Source: Rhodothermales bacterium
GTDB taxonomy: Bacteria > Bacteroidota > Rhodothermia > Rhodothermales > Bin80
Direction: 5' to 3'
Assembly: GCA_965209015.1 (NCBI GenBank)
Contig: OZ242367.1
Location: 2,048,865-2,112,864 of the forward strand
DNA length: 64,000 nt
A program made the position numbers and the translations under genes. The notes under the pieces were generated by a model. It was not told the DNA's origin, searched no databases, and was given only the letters and a program-made list of their open reading frames with translations. Positions 31,948-40,845 of the stretch are shown here, piece by piece (position 1 is the stretch's first letter; the number at the start of each line of letters is the position of its first letter).

Positions 31948-32634
31948 TCAGGTTTGCGCCTGTGCGGCGTACAGTTGCCAGAGATCCGGACGCCGCATCC
32001 GGGTACGCTGTTGCCGAATATTTTCACGCCACTCGGCAATTTTCTTGTGATTTCCGCTGCGAAGTATTTCGGGAACATGAAGTCCGCGAAACGTTGCAGG
32101 ACGCGTATATGTTGGGGCACCAAGCAATCCATCCTGAAATGAATCTTCAAGAGCAGATTGCGCATCTCCCAGTACTCCTGGAATGATTCGTAGAACAGCA
32201 TCAAGGATCAGAAGAGCTGGCAGTTCACCACCACTGAGCACGTAATCCCCAACAGAAACTTCTCGAGTAATCAAGGTTTCGCGTACCCGGTGATCTACCC
32301 CTTTATAGTGCCCTGCCAGAAGTACAAAATGCTTCTTTAACGAGAGTGTATTTGCCAGTGCTTGGGTGAATGGCTCCCCGTCGGGACTCAGATAGATGAT
32401 CTCATCAGGAGCATGATTCAGCGTCTCAATACAAGTAAAGATGGGTTCAGGTTTAAGTACCATCCCCCCCCCCCCCCCGTAGGGATAGTCATCTATTTGA
32501 TGATCATCCTCTTCGGTATACGTGTGAAGATCGTGAATACGAAGAATGATACCGGACTGAATCCGCCGAATGATCGTCAAATCAAGAGCATTCTTGAGCT
32601 GATCAGGAAATGCTGTAAGAATATCAATCCGCAT
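31948..32634 (-). CDS. trmD: tRNA (guanine37-N1)-methyltransferase
   Basis: MRIDILTAFP..., YPYGGGGGMVL, and its position between rimM and rplS. The ATG at 32634 is preferred over the longest-ORF start at 32661. Confidence 0.92.
   Translation of the reverse strand: MRIDILTAFPDQLKNALDLTIIRRIQSGIILRIHDLHTYTEEDDHQIDDYPYGGGGGMVLKPEPIFTCIETLNHAPDEIIYLSPDGEPFTQALANTLSLKKHFVLLAGHYKGVDHRVRETLITREVSVGDYVLSGGELPALLILDAVLRIIPGVLGDAQSALEDSFQDGLLGAPTYTRPATFRGLHVPEILRSGNHKKIAEWRENIRQQRTRMRRPDLWQLYAAQAQT
32464..32478 (-). repeat. Homopolymer C15 (G15 on the coding strand) encoding the GGGGG of the TrmD YGGGxGM motif
   Basis: Direct count in cat-ccccccccccccccc-gt. Confidence 0.95.
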
Positions 32635-32638
32635 AGCC

Positions 32639-33181
32639 TCACAAATCAAGAAGTCCGTCAACAGTTCGAATAATGATACGCCCCTGATGTATATCCGTGG
32701 AAATGATGAATTCGGGAACTCCGGGGATCAGTGCTTCCTTAGTTTCGGGGCGCTCAACGACATACAACGGATAATTCTGTGTCTCCCACACATCCTTGAG
32801 AGTTCCGACTGACTCACCCGAATCGGTGACTACTTCCATCCCAATTAGATCGTGCAGAAAAAACTCTCCTGACTCTAAGGATGGCAGATCATTCACATGC
32901 GCAAAAGCCAGAGATTTTGAGAGTCTCTGGGCATCATTTACAGTATGGATTCCTGCGAATTGCATCAATACAGTTATGCCTCGTTTAGAGGTTTGTAATC
33001 TGGAACCTGTTATGGTATAGGATTGTGTGATCTGTGGGGTAGCTCCAAGCCAGATTCTCTTTAAATTTAGCAGTCGGTTTGGATCATCACTTTCGGGCAG
33101 GATCTTACATTCCCCTTTTAACCCGTGCGTTCGTATGATCCGGCCAACCAAGATCAAGTCTTCTGGCAAAGGGAGCTCCAT
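32639..33181 (-). CDS. rimM: 16S rRNA processing protein RimM
   Basis: LVGRIIRTHGLKGECKI plus a PRC barrel; conserved operon position. Confidence 0.9.
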   Translation of the reverse strand: MELPLPEDLILVGRIIRTHGLKGECKILPESDDPNRLLNLKRIWLGATPQITQSYTITGSRLQTSKRGITVLMQFAGIHTVNDAQRLSKSLAFAHVNDLPSLESGEFFLHDLIGMEVVTDSGESVGTLKDVWETQNYPLYVVERPETKEALIPGVPEFIISTDIHQGRIIIRTVDGLLDL

Positions 33182-33196
33182 CAGCCATAGTTATTT

Positions 33197-33718
33197 CTAT
33201 TCTGCTGTTTCTTCGGGCGAATCTTCCTCAGCTTCCGATGCCTCTTTCCTAGCTTTCTCGGCGGCGGCTTCTGCTGCAGCTTTCTTGCGTTTTTCCAGCA
33301 ATTCGGCTTCGCGTTTTTCAGCCGCTTTTGTTTCAGCATCCAATGCTTGCTGACGAAGCTCTGCGGAAGTTGTTTTTGTGGAAGCTGCAAGTTTATCGTG
33401 GCGCTGCTGCCGATGAGTAGTTACCGCCTGAGAAATTTTGTCTGGTTCTGCACCCTTACGCTCCATGTGCAGACTCAGCAGAATTCCTTCTCGACTGAGC
33501 AAACTTCGTACGGTATCGGAGGGTTGTGCCCCGACTGTAAGCCAATGCTTCACGCGATCCTGTTTGAACTCTACCCGAGCAGGTTCTTCAAGCGGATAAT
33601 AGCGTCCTAAGTCTTCTATGAACTTACCATCTCTTGGAGCACGCGAATCTGCGGCCACCACGGCCCAGATCGGTTTTTTCTTTCGCCCTATACGGCGTAA
33701 TCTGATTTTGACTGCCAC
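33197..33718 (-). CDS. rpsP: 30S ribosomal protein S16 with a Lys/Ala/Glu-rich C-terminal extension
   Basis: MAVKIRLRRIGRKKKPIW...; 173 aa. Confidence 0.92.
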   Translation of the reverse strand: MAVKIRLRRIGRKKKPIWAVVAADSRAPRDGKFIEDLGRYYPLEEPARVEFKQDRVKHWLTVGAQPSDTVRSLLSREGILLSLHMERKGAEPDKISQAVTTHRQQRHDKLAASTKTTSAELRQQALDAETKAAEKREAELLEKRKKAAAEAAAEKARKEASEAEEDSPEETAE

Positions 33719-33745
33719 TTTACTTATTTATATTTTATTGAATAG

Positions 33746-35101
33746 TTAGCGCGCTGTCTGGAGAAGCGCGGACAAGTCTAATGATCTTCCTTTACTCGCT
33801 TGCGACTGCATCCGTTTCATCATCTTACGCATTTGCCGAAACTGTCTCAGGAGTTGATTCAAGTCCCTGACTTCTGAACCACTGCCAGCAGCAATGCGGC
33901 GGCGACGACGACTGTCAATTGCATCTGGATTTCTACGCTCCCAAGGCGTCATGCTGAGAATTATTGCTTCCGTCTTCTGAAGCCCCTCTTCTTCGGCCGC
34001 CATATCTTTGACCTGTTTTCCGAGACCTGGTACCATCTCCAGCATATCCGTTAGGGAACCCATGGATTTGATCTTTTGGAGTTGTTGATAAAAATCCTCT
34101 AGGTCAAAAGATTGTTTTTGGATTTTACGCCGCAGAGCTTCGGCCTGCTTCTCATCATATTGCTCTTGAGCTTTCTCAACGAGACCGACCACATCTCCCA
34201 TCCCCAGAATGCGACGGGCCATTCGGTCTGGAAAAAATGCAGTCAGTTGCTGCAATTTTTCCCCTGTTGAGGCAAATTTGATTGGCTTATCTACAACGGA
34301 ACGAACAGATAATGCAGCTCCGCCACGCGTATCGCCATCAAGCTTGGTCAGTACGACACCATCAAAGTTAAGGTGAGCATTGAACTCCTTCGCTGTATTG
34401 ACAGCATCCTGACCGGTCATGCTATCAACGACAAAGAGAATTTCTGTTGGCTGAACTAGTTCTTTGATTTCAGCTACTTCGGCCATCATCTTGTCATCCA
34501 CATGTAATCGACCTGCAGTATCAATGATTACCGTATCGCGAGCTTGTTTCCGCGCAAAAGCAACGGCCTCTTTTGCTACGCGAGGAGCATTCTGAACGAC
34601 ACTCCCATCCTTTTCCGTGACACTGAAGACAGGTACGTTGATTTCCTCTCCAAGTCGACTTAGTTGATCTACAGCGGCAGGTCTGTACACATCGGCGGCG
34701 GCAAGTACAGGCACACGCCCTTTGGATTGAAGATGCAGAGCAAGTTTTGCACTGAAGGTAGTTTTTCCCGAACCCTGTAATCCTGCAATCAGTATAACAG
34801 CAGGAAGGTTGCTGCCGAGGTTGATTTCGGATGAATCTCCCCCCAAGAGCTGAACAATTTCATCATAGACAATCTTAACAATCATCTGCCCGGGGGCCAC
34901 CGATCGCAAGACTTGATTTCCGAGGGCTTTTTCTTTGACACGATTGGTAAAATTTCGTGCGACCTGATAATTCACATCTGCCTCGAGGAGAGCACGTCGG
35001 ATCTCACGCATTGACTCAGCAATGTTGAGTTCAGTAATGCGACCCCGACCGGTTAAACTCTTGATCGCTAGGTCTAAGCTCTGAGATAGATTTTCAAACA
35101 T
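33746..35101 (-). CDS. ffh: Signal recognition particle protein
   Basis: GLQGSGKTTF, DTAGR, TKLDGD, and a Met-rich M domain. Confidence 0.95.
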   Translation of the reverse strand: MFENLSQSLDLAIKSLTGRGRITELNIAESMREIRRALLEADVNYQVARNFTNRVKEKALGNQVLRSVAPGQMIVKIVYDEIVQLLGGDSSEINLGSNLPAVILIAGLQGSGKTTFSAKLALHLQSKGRVPVLAAADVYRPAAVDQLSRLGEEINVPVFSVTEKDGSVVQNAPRVAKEAVAFARKQARDTVIIDTAGRLHVDDKMMAEVAEIKELVQPTEILFVVDSMTGQDAVNTAKEFNAHLNFDGVVLTKLDGDTRGGAALSVRSVVDKPIKFASTGEKLQQLTAFFPDRMARRILGMGDVVGLVEKAQEQYDEKQAEALRRKIQKQSFDLEDFYQQLQKIKSMGSLTDMLEMVPGLGKQVKDMAAEEEGLQKTEAIILSMTPWERRNPDAIDSRRRRRIAAGSGSEVRDLNQLLRQFRQMRKMMKRMQSQASKGRSLDLSALLQTAR

Positions 35102-35251
35102 GGAGATCAGCCCGAAAGAATTCGGTAGATAAGATCGTTCATCAAAAATAGCAAGTTTATACTATCAAGGATGGAATCTTGATCACTAAAACTGGAATAT
35201 ATGCCATATTTTCTGCAAATTTGGAGTTGAATCCTGCTGCAACCAACCAAA

Positions 35252-35824
35252 ATGCTAACCAAATCAGTACTGCGTGTGCAATGTCGTTCTGCACGGAAGC
35301 ACATTTCAGAGCATGATTATCGTCTCGAGTGCCGGAGAATTCTCATGCGTGCGGTTACTGTTCCTGAGCTACTTCAAGCGCAGACAGTACTGTCCTATTG
35401 GCCAAAATTGAATGTACGTGAAATTGATCTTCGACCTCTAAACTCTTGGCTCCGTGCTCGGGGATGTACGGTACTCTTGCCAATCATTGAACCGAATTTA
35501 GGTATTTCACGTATGTACTGGGGGGAGTTCAACCATGAGGAAGCTCTTCAACCGAACCGCTGGGGAATTATGGAGCCTCCGGTTCGATCGGATATTCCGG
35601 CAGATAGAATAGATGCCGTGCTAGTTCCCGGCTTCGGATTTGATTTTCATGGAAACCGAATTGGTTATGGGGGAGGATATTATGATAAAATGTTTGGACA
35701 TGTTCATGCGTTTAAGCTTGGAATGATTATTGAAGACTGCCTATTGGAGATGATTCCTATTCAACCTCACGACATTCCTGTCAACTGCTTAGTGACTGCT
35801 TGTAGAACACTCAGATTCCAATAA
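35252..35824 (+). CDS. 5-formyltetrahydrofolate cyclo-ligase
   Basis: 190 aa; PGFGFDFHGNRIGYGGGYYD. Confidence 0.8.
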   Translation: MLTKSVLRVQCRSARKHISEHDYRLECRRILMRAVTVPELLQAQTVLSYWPKLNVREIDLRPLNSWLRARGCTVLLPIIEPNLGISRMYWGEFNHEEALQPNRWGIMEPPVRSDIPADRIDAVLVPGFGFDFHGNRIGYGGGYYDKMFGHVHAFKLGMIIEDCLLEMIPIQPHDIPVNCLVTACRTLRFQ

Positions 35825-35830
35825 CGCGAA

Positions 35831-36445
35831 ATGGCTAAACCTCTCAAAGAGACTTCTGACCTTAAAGATCTGCATGTAAAGGATGAATTGGAGGGTGTCT
35901 CCGAACTTGAGTTTGAAGAAATGCTCTTTGAGAATACCTCGGATATCCCTCAGCGAGCCATTAATCTACCCATTATCGCCGGCTTTGGACTAGTGGGAGT
36001 GGTAGCCTTCTATCTCCTGCAACAGATTGGTATTCTACCCTGGGCTAACCTCCAAAATTTTTTTATAGTCTTCCCCTTAATCGGTTTATTCCTAATACTA
36101 TTGTTTGGACTGTCTCCGAAAAAGCGCAAGCGCAGAAATCGTGCGGCAAGGAAAGCACGTAAACTCAAATTGAAAAAGGTGGAAACAGAGGTGTCTATGA
36201 AAGATTTTGTCTCTTCGGCCCCTACTAAAAAGTTGAAATGGAACCTGCCAAAAAAATCCAGTAAGAAGCTTATTGCCGGTGTGTGTGGAGGATTAGCTCA
36301 GAGCATCAACATGGATCCGAACTTGTTTCGTCTTCTCTTTTTGATTGCCCTGATCGCTACTGCGGGATCAGTCCCTATTGCTGCCTATATCTTCTTCGCC
36401 ATATTTATGCCACTTCCCGATGATGAGGCCCAACCCGGCGAGTAA
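35831..36445 (+). CDS. PspC domain-containing membrane protein
   Basis: KKLIAGVCGGLAQSINMDPNLFRLLFLIA. Confidence 0.75.
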   Translation: MAKPLKETSDLKDLHVKDELEGVSELEFEEMLFENTSDIPQRAINLPIIAGFGLVGVVAFYLLQQIGILPWANLQNFFIVFPLIGLFLILLFGLSPKKRKRRNRAARKARKLKLKKVETEVSMKDFVSSAPTKKLKWNLPKKSSKKLIAGVCGGLAQSINMDPNLFRLLFLIALIATAGSVPIAAYIFFAIFMPLPDDEAQPGE

Positions 36446-36714
36446 TATTTAATATTGGACTGGGGATCATTGAACGAATGCTTCCAGTCTCGTACGGATT
36501 CCCTTAATTGCCTGATGTTCACAAATCATTGCACCGGTACGATACAGCCTCTTGCTACTAAGAAACGGGATATCCGAACCCATTGTCCTCATTTGCAAAC
36601 CAAGATCTTCCGCCTTTGAAACCGAATACGGGAAAGAATCGTGCCGATGCTACTCTCTTGGTAAATCCCTGCTTTGCGATGTGAGGCAAACATTCTACAA
36701 ATCAATAGATTCAG

Positions 36715-36915
36715 ATGCAACCGCAGAAAAAACGAATTGCCCGTACATCTTCCGATAAAGTCGTGGCTGGTGTGCTTGGTGGGATAGCAAGTTACTACAA
36801 CATAAATCCTTTTTGGCTACGAATCGGTTTCGTATTGGCAACTACCTTATCAGCCGGAATTCTAGTGGTAGGTTACACCTTGGCTGTGATTTTGATGCCA
36901 AATGACCGCAATTAG
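36715..36915 (+). CDS. Small PspC domain protein
   Basis: SSDKVVAGVLGGIASYYNINPFWLRIGFVL; 66 aa. Confidence 0.7.
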   Translation: MQPQKKRIARTSSDKVVAGVLGGIASYYNINPFWLRIGFVLATTLSAGILVVGYTLAVILMPNDRN

Positions 36916-37894
36916 TTTTTGCCTGGATCAGTGAATAAAAATTCTTAGGTTCATTCAAACTACCCTGAGGATTATCTCAAGATTCAACGTAGGAGACAAC
37001 TGTAAGAAGTTTTGTTGCTAGACAACCGAAAACCGGCAGGAATTTTCACCGTTTTCTAAGCCTTCCAAAGTGAACTAAAGGTTCGCCATTTGATTCTGCG
37101 ATTATTTGATATACCCCCGGCGGCTGGTTGATGCTATTCAGGCCTGGTTTGGCTTCTTTGGCTGACTGGATGATAGGGAGGGTAGTCTGGGAAGAGCATT
37201 TGCGTGAATTATTGTGGAATCATCTAAATCAGAGCGTTTCAAAGGAAGAGAACTATTATTCATATTTTTGAGTCAAATCAACTATTCAAACAACATTTCC
37301 CTATCTAATCCGTTTAATTTTGAAGAAATTTTTACTTGTCTATAACGCATTGAATAATTTGTGTCATAGTGATCAGGCATTGAATGAAAAAATGAAGGAT
37401 GGCATTTTCGCTTGAGGATAGATTTTGTTGGGTATGTGCAGGACGAAAGCTGTGTTGCAATCAGCATGACTTTCTGTTGGCCTCAGATTTATCGTAGCAG
37501 TCGTTTCCGATGTAAGACATTGGAATATATGGCAATAAATCGAATAAGATTGTTTCCGTGACGGTTCTTAACTTTGAGCAAACAATTATGCCGGAGAGCG
37601 ATTTGCTATCAAATGAAATGTTTGTATGATGAACGATCACGTTAAAACTGTGGTGAATATTGCTGAGACTTGAAAAAGTCTACAATCCATATTTGTGAAT
37701 TTCATACTAAATAAAACAGGAAGTTTCCGTAGTGTTGAGAATCTGGGATTAACCATCGAACTCAAAGTTGAACGTTAGACAATCATCTAAATTGGTCTGA
37801 GTTGCCCCTCTGCTATTCCCAGAAAATTGGTTCACAATGGTAATCACCGCATCTCCGATCCTTGAATCCTTCCATGTATTCACTGTGCTAGAGT

Positions 37895-38245
37895 ATGCGC
37901 AAGAAAAATAAAGCTGAGGTAGCGAGAATTCTCAATGGAGAGCCGATCCTCTATAAAGACCGTATTCATTGTGACGTCACTTTGGACTGCAAGCCCCGTA
38001 AGACTACACTACTTCACACCGCATCACGTCTCTTGCTTTATTGTAAAACTCCTATGGGACTTCAACTTACAATCGTTCACTACAAAGAGGTTGAGCATGT
38101 TACCTCTGGGAAAACCAAAGGGAAACACTATGTCCAGCTCTTAGGCGAGGGAAAGCGTGTACTACTCCTATTTGAATCCAAATCTCATCGGGAAACTTAT
38201 AAGGATCTCTGCGTGTCTATCATTGAAGATGAGGTTGAGGCATAG
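37895..38245 (+). CDS. Hypothetical protein (116 aa, possibly a PH-like fold)
   Basis: Clean ORF with no motif I can name. Confidence 0.4.
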   Translation: MRKKNKAEVARILNGEPILYKDRIHCDVTLDCKPRKTTLLHTASRLLLYCKTPMGLQLTIVHYKEVEHVTSGKTKGKHYVQLLGEGKRVLLLFESKSHRETYKDLCVSIIEDEVEA

Positions 38246-38303
38246 ACCTGATTTACAACAGTTGCACTCTTGACACCTATACGAGCGACTAGGCAATCCC
38301 CCT

Positions 38304-39131
38304 ATGAATAGTGTCAAACATTACCGTACAATCTGGTTGTCAGACTTTCATCTTGGTATGAAGGATGCTAAAGTAGCCTACTTGCTTGACTTTCTTCGAT
38401 ACAACGAAAGCGATACGCTTTATCTGGTAGGAGACATCTTTGATGGCTGGGCGCTATCCCGTTCGTGGCATTGGAATCAATTTCATAACGACGTAATTCA
38501 GAAGATCTTACGTAAGGCCCGGAAAGGCACACGCGTCGTCTATTTACCTGGAAATCATGATGAATTCGCCAGAGATTATCTTGGGCTTCGTTTAAGGAGA
38601 ATCCATGTGATGCAAGAAGCCGTACATGTGACCGCAGATGGACGCAGACTACTTGTCTTACATGGGGATATATTTGATGGAATGATTCGGCATGCTCGCT
38701 GGCTTTCAGTTCTTGGCTCTAAGGCCTACCGTATATTGCTCCTACTGAATCGCGGTCTCAACCGAGCAAGGCGTACATTAGGGATGCCCTATTGGTCGCT
38801 TTCAGCATACATGAAGCACCGAACCAAGCGCGCAGTTCAAGCAATTGCAAATTTTGAGAATGCAATGGTTCGTGCTGCCAGATCTCAGAACGCCGATGGC
38901 GTTGTTTGTGGTCATGTACACTTCGCCGAGATACGCGAAATTGAATCCATCCTATATGCCAATTCAGGGGACTGGATTGAGAGTTGCACAGGGTTAGTTG
39001 AACATGATGACGGCAAACTGGAGATACTCCATTGGGTCACCATGGATCATCAACCTCAACTGACTCGAGGCCAGATGCACGGGATACAATCTGACCTACA
39101 ATCCACCCCAATAGTTAGTGAGACCTCCTAA
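38304..39131 (+). CDS. LpxH-family metallophosphoesterase (UDP-2,3-diacylglucosamine diphosphatase-like)
   Basis: WLSDFHLG, LVGDIFDGW, LPGNHDE, GHVH. Confidence 0.75.
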   Translation: MNSVKHYRTIWLSDFHLGMKDAKVAYLLDFLRYNESDTLYLVGDIFDGWALSRSWHWNQFHNDVIQKILRKARKGTRVVYLPGNHDEFARDYLGLRLRRIHVMQEAVHVTADGRRLLVLHGDIFDGMIRHARWLSVLGSKAYRILLLLNRGLNRARRTLGMPYWSLSAYMKHRTKRAVQAIANFENAMVRAARSQNADGVVCGHVHFAEIREIESILYANSGDWIESCTGLVEHDDGKLEILHWVTMDHQPQLTRGQMHGIQSDLQSTPIVSETS

Positions 39132-39133
39132 AT

Positions 39134-40243
39134 ATGGCAGGGCTACGTACGCTATTTATCGTACAGGGAGAGGGGCGAGGTCACTTAACTCAGGCCCTCG
39201 CCCTCGCATCAATTCTCAAGAGAGCAGGACATTCTATTTGCAAATCAGTGGTGACCGAGGGAGTAGATCGTACGATCCCTGATTTTTTTCAAGAAGGTCT
39301 GGAGACACCCATCATTCAGGTACCAAGCGGGCACTTTTTCGTGAATCAAGAAACCCGAAGTATCGACTGGGGACGAACTCTGGTCAGTTACACCTTGCAA
39401 TCGACAAAACTAAACCGAAGCTTCACAATTCTCAGCGAGTTGATTCAGGATGAACGTCCAGATATCATTATCAACTTCTTTGAACCACTTGCTACTTTTT
39501 TCATGCTGCGTGAGCGACCAAAAATTCCAATGGTCGCCGTAGGTCATCAGTTTATGTTTTTACATCCCCAGTACCAGTTCCCAGAGGGCTTTGAGGTTCA
39601 AAAAATTTCTGCATTAGCCTTTACACGTCTGGTAGGATTGGGGGCCGAACGTCGATTTGCCCTTTCCCTTTATAATGCTCCCCCACTGCCGGATAAAAAA
39701 ATAATCGTGATGCCGCCTCTTCTAAGGGATAAGTTATTTACATTCCCTGATGAAGTAGCTGAGCCATATTTTTTGATCTACCTCTATCACCACAGTCTTA
39801 GCAAAGATCTGATCGCTTGGCATCAGCGAAACCCTTCATATAGACTCCACTGTTTTTGGAATAATGAGAAGGCTGAGGAGATCACACATTACAGTGATAA
39901 TCTTACGTTTCATCGCCTCCACGGCAACCGCTTTCTTGATATGATGGGACGCTGTCAAGGAATCGTTACAACTTCTGGATTCGAAACTCTGGCAGAAGCC
40001 CTGTATCTGCGTAAACCCCTCATGCTCAACCCGCTTAATCGTCATTTTGAGCAACACTGCAATGTAGTTGACGGGATCAAAATGGGAGCAGCCATACAAA
40101 CCAGTGACATGAATCTTGACCGGTTACTTGAATTTACTCGTAGGTACAAATTTGATGCTACCAAGTTTCGTACCTGGGTCGGTAAAGCGGAAAAGATGTA
40201 TGTTCGTGAACTGGAAAATATGGTTTCCGAATACCAATCGTAA
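39134..40243 (+). CDS. GT-B glycosyltransferase (MJ1255/UDP-glucuronosyltransferase-like)
   Basis: N-terminus FIVQGEGRGHLTQALALA. It starts 3 nt after the phosphoesterase gene. Confidence 0.6.
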   Translation: MAGLRTLFIVQGEGRGHLTQALALASILKRAGHSICKSVVTEGVDRTIPDFFQEGLETPIIQVPSGHFFVNQETRSIDWGRTLVSYTLQSTKLNRSFTILSELIQDERPDIIINFFEPLATFFMLRERPKIPMVAVGHQFMFLHPQYQFPEGFEVQKISALAFTRLVGLGAERRFALSLYNAPPLPDKKIIVMPPLLRDKLFTFPDEVAEPYFLIYLYHHSLSKDLIAWHQRNPSYRLHCFWNNEKAEEITHYSDNLTFHRLHGNRFLDMMGRCQGIVTTSGFETLAEALYLRKPLMLNPLNRHFEQHCNVVDGIKMGAAIQTSDMNLDRLLEFTRRYKFDATKFRTWVGKAEKMYVRELENMVSEYQS

Positions 40244-40845
40244 CCAAGATATCTGGGCAGTGGCAACTGATTCCTGTCCCAAAAATATTGAGTGAGCAAA
40301 CCAAGACTTGGGTGATTGGCGTTTTTTAGTTCATCATGAAAATTTTCTGCCTGCCTTCTTCTTAATTGATGAGGCACTTTGATGGATGAAGCAAGGGGCA
40401 ACAAGTCCTCTATATACCCTTCTAAAACTTGCCCGCCACGCCTTTACAGAAGTGTCACACATAGAACATTCGCATTCATAGTGCGATCAGTCTTCAATGT
40501 AAAGTGCCAAAAGGCTTCTTTATTTCACCCCCCCCCACTCAATTCATTATCTCTGTAGCTCACTCTTCTGGATCTTGGAGGAAAAAGTACCCTACTTAAT
40601 GCCACCATTACGTTTCATAAGCACCGAACGATATGTCTCTTGAAAAATTCTCTTTTTCTCCCTTGACTCACAAATGATGAAAATAGTTTGATTGCAGATA
40701 AAACAGCACTAATGGTTATCCGCTTCCCCCGAAGAATCCCACAATAATTGGGACACTGGCCTTTATTCCAGAGGAGAGCGTAGGGATTTAGTCTCATATA
40801 TTAAAAATCTGCTTACCTCACTGACCAATGTGATACTCCTTTGAA

